Part shown: positions 20,934-34,078 of the stretch, in pieces
How positions within the stretch are numbered: the stretch's first letter is position 1
Layout: each line of letters starts with the position of its first letter
From: Chrysemys picta bellii
Taxonomy: Eukaryota
DNA length: 64,000 nt
NCBI RefSeq assembly: GCF_011386835.1
Contig: NC_088796.1
Coordinates: 51,398,001 to 51,462,000, forward strand
Direction of reading: 5' to 3'
Made by a program: the position numbers and the translations under genes
The notes under the pieces: model-generated
Told to the model about the DNA's origin: nothing
Database searches by the model: none
Seen by the model: only the letters and a program-made list of their open reading frames with translations

Positions 20934-22445
20934 GGAAGTTCTGCTTCTCAAAGTTTTAGAATTTTGGCTTTGTTTCCCATTGGAGCAAAACTCTTTTTTT
21001 TTTAAATTTTCCATGAAGGGAAATTTAAAAAAAAATGTGGGCATTTGTGACATTATTTACATGAACTGTGACCACATAGATCATTGTTGCAACCAAAGTC
21101 CTATAGTTGTACCAAATGTTGTATAAAGAAGGTCAAGTAAGGTGTCTATGAAAAGGTAGTAATTGGCTAATTATGATTATGCTGTCTGTATGTGTGTATC
21201 ATTTTTGTATTTGAAGTTATGAATATTGGCTATGTATGTGTATCTCAATGTGTTTGATTCTAAGGAGCACCAGTGAAGCATTTGGCCAGGTTATTGAGAA
21301 GGAACTATTCTGAGTAAGTGCCCCATCAAGAAACACTTAACTGACAGTGGACCTTGGGAGACTCCAATCCACATGTGAGAAGCCTTCCTGGGATGTTCAA
21401 GGTATCATGTGAGCAATGGCTGCTGCCTGCAAACTGAGTCATGCATGGATGTCCATGTGTGTCTTGCCCATGTGACTCCAAACTCCATCTTGCTGTTGTG
21501 ATTTTCCACAGTAGGAACAAAGGGGTTTCCTTCCACATGGCAGAGGCCCTGGAAACCCCTCCATTTTGTCTTCAATCCTCTTTACTTCTGGAGGAACTTT
21601 GCTACAAACTGAAGCTCTGAACAAAGGACTGAATGACCCATCCAAGCTGTGGATGTACTCCAGAGAATTGATTTGAACCCGCAGTTTATTCCATCACTGC
21701 TACAAGCCTGAACCAAGAACTTTGCCATTACTGTATGTAATTGATTCCATTTAACCAATTTTAGCTCTCATCTATATTTCTTTCTTTCTATGAATAAACC
21801 TTTAGATTTTAGATTCTAAAGGATTGGCAACAGCATTATTTGTGGGTAAGATCTGACTGGTATATTGACCTAGGTCTGGGTCTGGTCCTTTGAGATCGGG
21901 AAAACCTTTTTTCTTTTACTGGGGTTTTGGTTTTCATAACCATTCATCCCCATAAGGAGTGGCTGCTGGTGGTGATACTGGGAACCTGGAGTGTCTGAGG
22001 GAATTGCTGTGTGACTTCTGGTTAGCCAGTGGAATGAAACCGAAGTCCTCTCTGTTTGGCTGGTTTGGTGTGCCTTAATAGTGAAGGAATCCCAGCCTTA
22101 GGCTGTAACTGCCCCGCTCTAAGCAATTTGTCCTGAATTGATACTCTCAGTAGTGTCCCGCCAAAGGCTGCATCGTTACAACATTCAAAATGTTTTGTTT
22201 CAACAAAACTGAAAGTTTTGTTTCAAGTTTGACTTTTCCAAAAAAGTATATATAAATATCTAAATATATAAAATAAAAAAAAATACTGAAAAGTCATTTC
22301 AGAACAGAAAACTGAAATGTTATGTTCTGAAATGGGATGTTTCAATATTGTAATAACTTTTTTTAAAATGAAATTCTGCCAACATTGTTTCATAAAGTGT
22401 TTCCATTTCGAGACAACCACAAATTCGGACCAAATATGGTTCTGT
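20934..22445. repeat. AT-rich dispersed repeat with AAAATGTTT/GTTTC motifs, split by an LTR
   Basis: Similar motif texture on both sides of the LTR and at about 58980-59200. Family not identified. Confidence 0.3.
21046..22180 (+). mobile_element. Solo LTR, 1135 bp
   Basis: TGTGAC...GTTACA termini, 5-bp TSD GCATT/ACATT (4/5), AATAAA at 21793. Shares blocks with the 11232 LTR (TGAAGTTATGAATATTGGCT, GAGTCATGCATGGA, CCCCTCCATTTTGTCTTCA). Confidence 0.88.
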
Positions 22446-23935
22446 TAAAGTTTCTCCAACAAGCTGTAGTAATTACATTCTTGATAAGAAAAGGGAAGCC
22501 AATGAAGAATTTCAGCTACGATAATTACAGCCCTATAGAGATTAAAAAATTATCTACCCCAGCTGCCTTCCCACTTCCACTATCAAGTCAGAGCTGTGAG
22601 CTGACTGGGATAGTAGATAGAGAGGGATTGGTAAGGTACTCACCTGAGTCAGTGGTGTCAGGATGGATATTGGCAGACTGCTCAGACTACACTTACCCCA
22701 GTGGCCACTATTCAGGTTTCAATTTATCTATTGTTGATAACTGTTTCTTCTCAGTGCTATACCATGCCATACCAACATCTTCCTTTGTCGAAACTATATA
22801 GTGAACTGTATATAATTAGAATAAGAGAGATGCTCTTAATCTATTTATTTACATTGTAAAATATTGATCCCCTCATGTTTTGCCTACCTCTTGGTCTTTT
22901 AATGTACATAAATATCACAAGTTACCAGTTAATAATATAGGGCCTGCTCCTGCTCCTATTGAAATTGGTGTCAAAAGTCCCATTGACTTGATGCAATTAG
23001 AACAGATACTTCATCTGGCAACCACTTTCTTTCCTGATGAATACGGCGTATCAGCCCATGCCTGGTTTGTCATGCATTTAGCCTGAGTGTGAAAGACTCC
23101 CCACATTATAAAGTAGCCCCATATAGTAAATGTGACCTTTTTAGGATTTTTTTAAAAATAAAAAATTCTCCAAATGTCATGTGGGATTTGTCCCAGGTAT
23201 CAGAGGGAAAGATTGGGTCCCAAACAATTAGGTTGCAGAGCTGCTGGAAACATTTTCTTGTTTGGTTTGCTAACTCTAGAAGAGATGTATGCAAATGCTT
23301 CACTTTCAGTAGTCCCAGGTGGTTAAAATTGAGCACATGCTTTAGTGCTTTGCTGGATCACAGCCTAAAGAATCTCAGAAAGTGTGTTTCTTCCTTCCCC
23401 ATCTCATTTATAGAAAGTAGTATATTGAAAATTGGGCAAAATAGTTCTACATGGTAGTTCTGACCCGGGAACTATCTAACACCACATGGAGGTCAATTGC
23501 CATCAAAGTGTACTCAGTGGCATTATAGCAGAGTGCATTAGTCAGGCTGTGTGTTTAAAGTAGCCAGAAGTATTTCAAGAGTTAGCAAGATGTGTGTGTT
23601 TTCTCTCAACGGCCAGTAAATCGCCATTAGTTTTTTTTGGCAATACTCATCAATCACCCCTATCTCTAATGGGCATATTATGTTGCGTATGAACAACTAA
23701 ATCCCATGATATTGGGGGATCCTAGGAACTAAAATGCTCAAAATACATTGTTCGGTGCATTTGTGTACCTCTAGGCACACGAAGGACACGTCTACACTGC
23801 CTCACAGTTCCCACCTTTGAATATCTGTATGCCTCAAAGTGCTGCGCTCTACCTTCCCCATGTGGATCCTGCAGAAACAAATGAAATGTTATCTAGTTCA
23901 TATTAATATAGTCCTGTCTGAAGGACTGTCTATAC

Positions 23936-24125
23936 GGGAGGAGGGAGAGCTCAGTGGTTTGAGCATTGGTTTGCTAAACCCAGGGCTCTGAGTTCAATCC
24001 TTGAGGGGACCATTTAGGGAAGTCGGGTAAAAATCTTTCCAGGGATAGCTCCTGCTTTGAGCAGGGGGTTGGATTAGATGACCTTCTGAGATCCCTTCCA
24101 GCACTGATATTCTATTCTATGATTC
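23936..24125 (+). mobile_element. Tortoise Pol III/SINE, full length (tRNA-derived head, CR1 tail)
   Basis: A-box AGCTCAGTGG (23948), B-box GAGTTCAATCC (23990), then the CR1-type tail CCTGCTTTGAGCAGGGGGTTGGATTAGATGACC...ATTCTATGATTC. Confidence 0.9.
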
Positions 24126-24236
24126 ATGCTCAGGGGGGAATCACAGCACAGCATCCTGTAGTCTGAATTGCAGGGCCTGAAGACTGGTGCTTTCGCTAGT
24201 AAAGCCCACAGAAAGTCCAAAGCTTACAATGTTGAC

Positions 24237-24415
24237 TAGTGGTGCCCAAACTTTTCCTATTGTGCCCCCTCTTACCAGTAATTGAATCTGTCCGTGCCCT
24301 CCCCTCACCTCCATTACAGCACAGTTGGCTCAGCAGAGGAGGTTGGGCTGAAGGTGGACTGGGTGGCAGCACTGGGGATGCGGGATGAGCTGGGGCTAGA
24401 GGTGGAGAGGGAATG
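24237..24415. mobile_element. hAT (Charlie-like) MITE, one end only
   Basis: Begins TAGTGGTGCCCAAACTTTT (Charlie-type TIR CAGTGGTTCCCAAACTTT). The other TIR is absent. Confidence 0.55.
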
Positions 24416-24512
24416 AGGGCATCTCTCACTATGTGTTTGTACAGCACTTAGCACAACGGGGCTCCGATCTTGGCTGAGGCATCTAGTTACTACTGTAATA
24501 CAAATACTTAGT
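24416..24512 (+). mobile_element. L2-type 3' tail
   Basis: ATGTGTTTGTACAGCACTTAGCACAACGGGG...TACTGTAATACAAATA. Confidence 0.7.
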
Positions 24513-27500
24513 AAGAACTATAATAGCGAGAGCTCTAGAGAATAGCTTTGATGTGCTGTAAATGCCGGACTGCTTAACAGGTAGAATTGTTTGGCAATGT
24601 TACTTTTAAACAATGCCAAATGCAAAATGTACTGATGATTCTGCAAGGCATTATACAGGACATTAGTGATGCCAGGGATCGGTGGGTGACATTTTTGCTC
24701 TTGCCTTTTTTTATTAGTTTGAGTAGTTCATTCTGCCAGGGCTGTCAAAAAGAAATAGAACAAATTCATGTGATAAATGAGCACATTTAGTTTGTCATTA
24801 ATGATCTATGTCAAAATAAACAGTAATAATTTACTGCATCAAGAGGAATATTTGGCTTCATTGTGATCACTAATTAATACAACGCCATTTATTTTAGAGA
24901 ACTGAGTCTGCAGAGTTAATCCAATTTTAAATCGAAACCTAGCACTGATTACAGTTAAGTTATTTTTAACATTAAGTTAAATTCTCCAAATTTAGTTAAT
25001 CCGGGGCCCCCAGATATAGAGGGTCACAGAACCAGTCCACGGCATGGGTGTAGGGGAGGATTTCAGGACCACATGGAGCGTAAGCTCCAGTCAGGGCTCC
25101 ATATGTACTGTTGCGCAGGTAGGATTGAGGGCAGGGTTGAGACAAGGAGGGGGCAAGAGGGTGGAGCTGATGGATCCACTGGCCCCCTGCAGAGCACATA
25201 GGCTAGATCTGGGAAGCATACTCCAACAGCATGTGTGTATCATCTCTGATGCCATGCCATTGACTCTTTTTGGTGATACTCATCAATCACCGAGTATCTC
25301 AGGCTGGCCACTGGGAACAGGATTTGAGGGAAAACGCATCTATATATAACTGCTAACATCTATACAAAATATCTGGGCTCATCAGCCTAACTCTCTAAAG
25401 ACTCTTTACACCTCTGAAAGATATTGGAAAGAGTTACTGCTGAAAGCAGATGTTTAGTTAGTGAAGCATTGCAGGAGATTAATGGACCAACCATCTCCAT
25501 ACCAGGACCAAGTACTGGGCTCAGGTATTAGATGAAGCCAAGGTCTATTGATACTGAACTTCTAATTTCAAATATGTTGTTGGCTTGCTACTTTTCCTTT
25601 TGATATCTTAATTATTTCTCTGACACTCTCTTCCTTTCTTGGTGCTGGTTAACATTAAGATTATACAGATGTCTGGTATTTTTAAATGCTCAGTCCATGG
25701 AATATAGTCCTTCCTGTGATACTACTGTATAATTACTGTTTCAAGTATCTGTATTGACAGTAATTAATGGCACAGTTAGTGTGAACTTGGGCAATGAATG
25801 TATCTATCCTATTCACAATCTTCAGCTCTTACCTAATTCTGGAAAAGGGAGTGGGCACTTTTGGGTCTGTCTAGACATGTCTTGCCTGTCTGATCACATG
25901 GATCACTCACTCCAGTAATATTAGTAGATGGGACTGAGCCAAATAAAAGACAGTTCCATTAAATTCTCTGGGCTTGCAGGGTGGTTATAAAGGCAACATG
26001 CTGTGCTACGTTAACATCTGACCAGTGAAATAGTTGTTTCCTGATCCGAGCTTTGGCTCTCAGCCACAAAAAACACAAGACAGATGTTATGCTTTATTAG
26101 GGTCAGGGTTATCAAAAAGATGTGATTAATAGCCAGTTGCTTTACTTTTTGATGCTTTGTTTTGTTGATTACTAAGGACACACAAAAATATTTTTAACTG
26201 ATTTGGTGGGCAATACAACTGCATGGGCAGAAGACAGGGCCATTCAGAATAAAAAACTCTCCCTAAAAATAATTTTCAGTATCTCAGTTTGGGCTGATGC
26301 TTTTCTTTGAACTTGTTTGATCTGGATACTACTGATACCAATATCTAATAGGGCAGAGAGGTTAATGCCTTCTTATAAAGATAACAATAGTAAATGGAAA
26401 CAAGGTGTTCTCTACTATTTAATGATTTCCTATCATACGATCAAGGCAAAAATGTTAGAGAATTGAAAACATTGATGTTCAAAATGCATCAAAGTAATTT
26501 GTTAGTTTTTGAAGTAGGAAGTTATTTATAGCCAAGACTGTTCTCTGATGGAATGATAGGTTTGCAGTATACATGAGTGATTCGAATCAGAACAAGGTTT
26601 CTATGGGAAATCAGGAAGTGAAAATTTGATGATGGTAACTGGTTACATTTAAATCACTCTTTCTTTTAAATGTTATGTTTTGTGATGGTTTAAAATAAAT
26701 GCACAGAGTCTAGGGGATATTGTAATTTTTAAGGCAAAGTCCCACCTTAGGGGCAGAGTGGGAGGTTCTGAAGGCATACGGGGAGGGGACAGTATCACTA
26801 TGTGCAGGTAGATGTACTAGGATCATGTAATTTTTGTCCTCAGTTTGTGCCAGAGCCACATTGTGCTCAGCACTTACACGGTTTCACAAAGGGAGCGGAG
26901 GCTGCGTACAGTCTCTCTCCTCTTGTTCATCCATACAAAGTTGAACACAAACTTTGCCCAAGTTCCATTAACCACTGAAGAATTCTTTTACTAAACCAAT
27001 CCTTCCTGAACCTACAGGACAAGAAGCAACTGATCTAGAGTCTAGACTCATCAGGGTCAATTTCAGTTGCATCCGCTTTACACAAGGTCTGAATTTGGCC
27101 CATCAGTATTCATCATCAATATTAAAATAGTCAAGACTTCTGGAGCATACACTTTCCCAACACTATAATTTCATTGTCAAAACTACTGATATTCTGCCTC
27201 CATTCCTAAACCAAGTCTTTAACATCTCATTTTAAAAATGGTGCCCTATCACCAACTGTGATTTCGCTGATGTGTCAGTGACAAATTCAAAACAAAATCC
27301 TAAGCAGAGCTCCACTTCCAATTTTATATCATCCATTAATACAGTTGATAACCCTCAGGGCAGAATGCTTATTAAAAACTCTATTCACTTGACTCAAGTA
27401 CCATTATCAACCAGAGATTTGTGTCACTGTAAGAGTCTTTTAACACTTCCACACTGATGCTCAAGATAGGGCTCGATCCCAAAGTCCTGTTTCATATTGA

Positions 27501-30500
27501 CTGTAGAAAACTGCAGGCCAAGTGCTTTAAGACTTTGCCCTTTCAAATCTGTAGATTGCCAGCAGGGTTGTTTCCCTTCATCCCTGTTTTACTTCCCTTC
27601 TCTTATATTTTAATGCTAGAAAATAGTCTATTCAATAATGTTTTCAGAGGGCCATTCAAAAATATTTTAGCTTATTAATGGGGTAGATTATGCCCTTGTC
27701 TTACTCAGCAAAGGGAGAGAGAGCCCCGCCTGTGTGCCACCTCATTGCTCTGCCTGCCTGGATCTTGGGTACCATCCTAGCCGAGAGTAGCCATGGCTCT
27801 CTCCTCGATAATCCTCCTGTCAGCAGGTGGACTGGGAATGTGTGGAACCTCGACTCTGTTATTCCCTCCACCTGCATATTCACTGAGCACAATAGCACAA
27901 GGTCAAGGGAAATAAGATGCAAATGTTCAAAGGCTTCAATAACTTACTTCCCCTCCCACCAATCCTGAGACCAAGAGGGCAGAAAGGGAGGAACTGTGAC
28001 ACCCTGAGTCTCCATTCCTTCTCTGGGCTGCTCCTGGGCTGGAGCAATTATGTACTTTCTTCTTACTCAGGGCTGAGCTAAAGGCACAGTTGAGCCCAAT
28101 GTGAATAGCATTGAATTTTATAGAATTTCTTTTGTTTTAATGAAAATAATCCTTGTTATTTCTCACTGGGCATCTGAATGGCGAAACATACATTAGTAAA
28201 TAATAATCATAATAATTTGCACCTGTGCAAGAGTTGCCATTGAAATGTTTACCTTCTGCCTAATTTATGTTACCATGGTATTTGCAGTGCTGCCTAAACT
28301 TCATTCCTAGGTCTTTGCTCCTTCCACCTTCAAATTTCCCACTATCCTGTTCTGTATTTTTTTGTCACCCATAGTTCATATTAATATCATAACTCATTGT
28401 TCCAATAAATAGTAGAGTTTCCCATGAGAGGGAGAATAATACAAATATTGCAGTCACGTTAATTATTTGCAAATGGTAATTGTAAAAATTGTAATGGTGA
28501 CCACTACGTGATTTTTTTTTTTAATAGGCTGGAATTTTCAAAGGGAAAGTCAGTGGGGATGGGGCACCTAGTCCCTCTGGCTCTTAGAAAATCCCAGTCT
28601 CAGTGTTTTAAAAACTCGTAATTTGGAATGTTAGTTCCTGTTTTTTGTTCTTCATTAAGAGAGATGATTAGGGAAGTTTTTCAATTCCAAAGAAAACGAT
28701 GTCTTCCTGTGTAACTGTCTGACCACCATTGGCCTCTTCAGTCCAATTGGCTCAAGAATGAGTCAGAGCATTAACAAGAGATAACATCACTGTGATGCCA
28801 TTTAGAAAGAACCACCATCCATAATCAGGCTTTGCCCTTCTCATGCTCTTTTCTATGGCTTAAATAAGATAAAATTCCAACTGTTACCACAAGAGAAGTT
28901 GAGTAACAGGTTCACTGGGATGTCAGGAGGAGTAGCTTAACAAGTGTCCTGGACCTAACCTTTCACTATCTAATCTGTTGATCTTTCTGGTTTCAGAAAT
29001 GTCATGCAAGAAAATTTAATTCCAGTAGTTGACTGTAGGCTGAGTCAGTTTCATTCACCATGAATGTTAGACTGGAAAAGTATCTAAGTCATTTTAAGAA
29101 AGAAAATGAAGTTATTGTAGATTTACTGCACACAACATAATAATAAAGGAGAAAAGGAAAAAAAATAGGAAAGAAAGGTAAGAAATAAATGGTGAAAAGT
29201 TTAAGAAAGTAATGAAACCCTATCAAATGTTGCTTAAAAGGAACACTGTATTACAGTAGTATGATTAAATTCTTAACACAAAAGTTACAGAAAGAGACAG
29301 TCGTGTCATTGAGAGAGTTTAGGTTGGCGTGGGAGAAGGCTGGAATCAAATTTTATGTGATTACAACATTAAGAGACCATAGTATTCAAATAATGTGCTG
29401 ATTGACATCTCTATGTATGCAATCTTACACCTGACATTGTTTGTTTGTCCTGCCCCTCAGACCAAAATAAAGTTTAAAAATGTGCAGCTCTTAGAAGCTG
29501 TTCAGAGATTTGGAATGAATAATTCTTGTAGGGACTTGGGTTGGTGAGAAGAGGGCAAATGAGGTGGTCAAAGGTGCATGATAAATTCAATGTAGTATTT
29601 AGCTCTGCAGTTTATCACAAGTATCACTATCACATTGTGGTGCATGTGTAGACACACACAGTCTGTCTGCCTATCAACAACAATTTATTCAATTTAAAGT
29701 TTTGCAACACAGGCCAGATTCACAAAGTAAAAAGGCTAGACTATGAACCAGGCCATGCCCCTGTGTAAGAGCAAGCAATGAACTGAGGTGTAGTAATCTG
29801 CGAGCACTGCTTGCTTGAAAAGAATTATGACCCACATGCAGCATCAGTGCATCCCATACAATAGGACTGAGAGTAGTGTGCAAGCTGGAATTTACGATCC
29901 AAGGAGTAAGATCATGCAATAAGTGCCCTCCACAGAATGAAAGGTATCTGTGAGGAGTGGGCCATGTAGAGGACTGAGCATTCCTGATGCAGCCAACCAC
30001 GCAGACACGACTGCCCCACTGGGCAATATAGCAGCTGTTATGCTGCCTAGGGGCAGAAATTAGGAGTGAGACAGAAAGGGAGAAAATAGTGTCTCTGCCT
30101 CCAGCGCAAGGTGGTGTTGTGAGTGCTATGGTACACCAGTCCCTCAGATACTTGGTAGCGTGGTGGGTAAACAATGAGCTTGGAGGCAAGCTCTGGAGGT
30201 GCTCCACACACTAGGCTCCAGACCTCGATGGGTTCCCCAGAACATTTGCACATTTTGAATAAGTACAAGGATTCTACAGTAGGGCTGCCAGAAATAGAAG
30301 GTGTAAATACCTTAGGCACAATTGCGTTGACAGTTACAACTATCAAAAGATAAACCCAACATTTCACAACCCACCCCAAGGAGGCAGTCCAGTCCAAAGG
30401 TATGACTGTAACAGAGCCCTGGTGTAACCCCTTGCAATGTCCTCTTGCTTAGAGATTGCAGCTTTCTGTTCACTGACTGAGGGCACTGCTGGCCCCCTGC

Positions 30501-31616
30501 CAGTAACCACGTACGTGTATGTGTATGTGCAGCCTTCTTCTCTGACTCTCTGGTTGCCTTCTGTCCAGCCTTGTCTCTGCAGCCAGCTCCTAGGCTACTG
30601 CCTCCAGGCTGCTGTTCCTGCTCACCTGCAGCCTCTGGCTCCCTCCAGAGCCAGGCTTCTGGTTTTACTGCCCTGCTCTGTACTCCAGATTCTGGAGCTC
30701 TTTACTGGCTGGAAGTTGAAGTGGGTTGGGGGTTAACACAGCACCCAGCAGTGAGGCAACAGGTTCATTACAATGGAAGTCAATTTTGAGATAAACTGGT
30801 TGACAGAGAGCGGCAGTGAAGTAGATATCATCAAGCTTAAGAAAAGCAAAGCAAATGGAACCTCAATAAAACCCCCAAAGAGAATTCTATCCGTGAATTT
30901 AGAGAAGAGAAAGAGCCACGATTGTGCTTTTCAATTTATCTAATACTATTTGTTCATTAGATGTATTCTCATGACACATCATTTGTCCTATCAGAGTTGT
31001 TTATCATTGGCACCCTAAGTTCTGTGACTTTCCAGATAAGCATTTCTCATCTCTATATAATAGTGGATTTATCCATATGTTTTTTGTCTTCATGGTTTTT
31101 GTTTTTGCTTGTAAAGACTTTAAATCCAGTTATCTGGATTTAAAGCAGCATCACTAGAATTATTTCTGTTGCACGTAATGAACATTGGCTGCTTTACTAT
31201 TTGCAGCTTCATACTCACTAGAAATACCAGAATTCTTCCAAAGAACACTTAGTTTAGAAATTATGATGTTGTTGTTTTCTTGCTTATTTCCCCAGTATAA
31301 ATGAACATCATGGAACTCCTAGAAGAAAACCTGGCTGTGCCTGGGTTATGGAGGCATTAAAACAGCTCCATAGTTGCAGTTGAGATTTGCATTTAAATCA
31401 GGGATTTCTCCAAAAATCAGCCAATTTTATTCGGATGCCTAAATATGGATTTAGGTGCCTAATTTAGAAACCTGAGTTAGAAAAAATTGGCTGTAGGAGG
31501 CTTGGTTTTCTTCCCCTCTCTAACAACATGTAAAGCATAATATTTTCAGGAACTGTGAAAAAGCAAACTGCAAATTCTTGAAGACACTTTTTTTTTATTT
31601 AATATCAGAATGATTC

Positions 31617-32773
31617 TGTGACGGATTTGGGACCTTTGGGGTGTCACTTGATGTGCTGGGATGCCACTGAGTCAGTCTATTCTGCCAATCTCGTCCCCTT
31701 TACCTGGCCTTGCTGGGCTAGGCTCACAAGCCTCTTCCAGTCAAGCACATAGGCAGGGCCACACCCAGCTGCACAGAGAGACCGAGATCCGCTCTAGAAA
31801 GATTCAGCCTTAGGGGCTTGCCCCAACACGCTGGTGCCCACTCCCTTTAAGGGGTACAAACCCAAAGGTTTTATGAAATTCGTCCCCTCCCTCAATGTGG
31901 AGGGAGATATGCACAACTTCTTGCCCCGCTAGGTAGAAATTACATAAACTGGGTTATATTATAAACAAGAAATAAATTTATTAACTACAAAAGGTGAATT
32001 TTAAGTGAATATAAGAGATAACAGACAGAACAAATCAGATTACTGACCAAATAAAACAAAATATGCAAGCTGGGCTCAATATACTCAAGAAACAGGTTAC
32101 AGAATGTACATTCTCACCCTAAATGTTATTTTAGGCAGGTTGAAAAGTTTCTGTGGTTCAGAGTTCCTGTTATATTCCTTTTCAGACTGGACCCCTGTCT
32201 TAGTCTGGACTCTCCCTTTGTCTTCCCTTCAGGTGGCTCTAGCAGTCTTTCTTCTTGGCCAGACAGGCCATGGAGAGGAGCAATCCAGTTTGCTTCCTCT
32301 CTACCCTTAAATAGGATTTAGATAAGGTGGGAATCCTTTGTTTCCCAAACTTGACCCCTCTTCCCTTCCTGAGGAAAGTTACAAGAAGTCCCAGGTAATG
32401 TTTAGTATCAGGTGACAAGACCACTTAACTCTAGATCACAGCGTCCATGAGTCAGTGGCAGTATGGAGGGTCCGCAGGAAGGCCAAGCTTATCACAGTCC
32501 ATTGTCCTCGCTGATGGGCCATCAGCTCTGTCTGACTTTTCCATTGTTGTACTTGAAGTGTTAGCAGTGGGCGTCACCCAAAGTAGCACAGCTGAAATAC
32601 AGATACACAGTCAATATTCCTAACTTCAGATACAGAAATGATACAGGAATAAACATTGGATAATCACATTCAGTAAATCATAACCTTTCCAATGATATCT
32701 CAAAGTATATCTTAGTTATGTGTATTCATATCATAAGCATGTTTTCATAAAGAATATGGAGTGAAATGTTACA
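31617..32773 (-). mobile_element. Solo LTR, 1157 bp
   Basis: TGTGAC...GTTACA termini, perfect 5-bp TSD GATTC (31612-31616 and 32774-32778). CAATATTCCTAACTTCAGATACAGAAATGATACA is the reverse complement of a block in the 11232/21046 LTRs. Antisense TATTTAA at 32307 and AATAAA at 31977. Confidence 0.92.
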
Positions 32774-32879
32774 GATTCCGTTGCTGCAATTTTCAAGTTC
32801 TACAGTAAGTGAATTGTGACATTATGTGCAATGATTGCCTACAGTAGAGAACAAAATGGAAAATTATAGATGAAATAGG

Positions 32880-33193
32880 AATATAGGATTTGCCATACTG
32901 GATTTGATCATTGCTCTATCGAGTCATGTATACTGCCTCTGGCAGTACATAATTCAAAATCATGATCTACTCAACCAGTTGTGCAATGCTGTACATTAAG
33001 GAAAAAATTCCTTTCCTGACCCAAGGGAAATCAGTTTACATCCTGAAGAAACATTTGATTACTCTTATCATTATTTTACCTGACATGACTACAAGTAGGT
33101 ATTAGAAATGATCCAGCAACTTTAAAAATCTAACCTGTCTCAAGATCTCCTGCACAAATATATCCTATAGGGTGACTATTCTGTATATCATGC
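32880..33193 (-). mobile_element. Old CR1 3' end (host of the next LTR)
   Basis: ATAGGATTTGCCATACTGGAT is the antisense CR1 3' terminus. It appears to resume after 34078. Confidence 0.5.
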
Positions 33194-34078
33194 TGTCAAG
33201 GCTGATTCCCCATTTTGAATGCAGAAGGTGGGGGCCCGCAAGGATTCTAAAAATTAATACTGGCTACTGCAGGCTTCTATTAAACTTCCAAGGTTACAGC
33301 TTTTCTCTGACCTTGGATGGGTAGATGCTGCCAACACCCAAGTGCACTTGGGAATTCCTTCCTGTGGGGTACTCTCAAGCCCTTTCACCCCCCCCCATCC
33401 GGGGAACAGCTGAGAAAGAAAACAAAGGAAATCAGCTGTTGCCACCAGCTAATTAAACAACATGTGCACAAACCTCTTAGGATACAAAAATCCAATCCTA
33501 TTCTTAAAAAAAGGTAAATTTTATTAAAAACAAAAAGAAAGAAAATACATCTGGAAACTTAGGCTATTGCTAGATATAAAAAGAGAAAATACAATAATTA
33601 AGCATCAAGAATGGTTTTCTTGAGGTCCAGCTTAATGGTTACAAACAAAACAAAAGCATTTGGGGTTAACACAGAGGAGTCCACAAGCCATAAAGAAATA
33701 AAAAGAGATAAACCTAATCGCATCTTCCTACACATTTCCTGATCTACTTACATATCTGGGGTTTCAAATTAGTCATTTCTAGGTATGAGCTGATGATTTT
33801 CATACCTGGCCCAAGTTTTCTTTCTGCCCTGTTCCCTCTCTCCCCGAGAACAACACAGACTGACAAAGGGGAAGTTTTTCCCCAATTTTTAAAAGTTCTA
33901 GCCTTCCCATTGGCTCTTTTGGTCAGGTGCCCACTCCCTTCCTTTTACCTATGCAGGGAGACTTTTTAACCATTTACAGGTAAAGCAAGTAGAGAACAAC
34001 TACTAAAAGGGATTTTATAGCTAACTGACTGGCTGGGTGTCTATAAAAGGGAGCTACCCCTGCCTTTCATTTATCACA
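33194..34078 (-). mobile_element. Solo LTR, about 885 bp
   Basis: TGTCAAGG...TTATCACA termini and antisense AATAAA (TTTATT at about 33520). Flanks CATGC/CGTAT are not a clean TSD. Confidence 0.7.

Noticed and set aside
22385-22801. 138-aa ORF in AT-rich DNA
   Set aside because: It starts inside a repeat, has no recognisable motif, and a few ORFs of this length are expected by chance in six frames of 64 kb.
23936-24010. tRNA gene
   Set aside because: The A and B boxes are followed by a CR1-derived tail, so it is a SINE, not a tRNA.
29689-30400. 172-aa and 116-aa minus-strand ORFs; faint Gypsy gag/pol-like words on the plus strand (VRSCNKC, ILNKYKD)
   Set aside because: The resemblance is too weak to call without a profile search. 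It could be an old retroelement relic.
30400-30740. TGTAACA...TTAACA bounded pyrimidine-rich block, possible short LTR
   Set aside because: No TSD, TATA or polyA signal identified.
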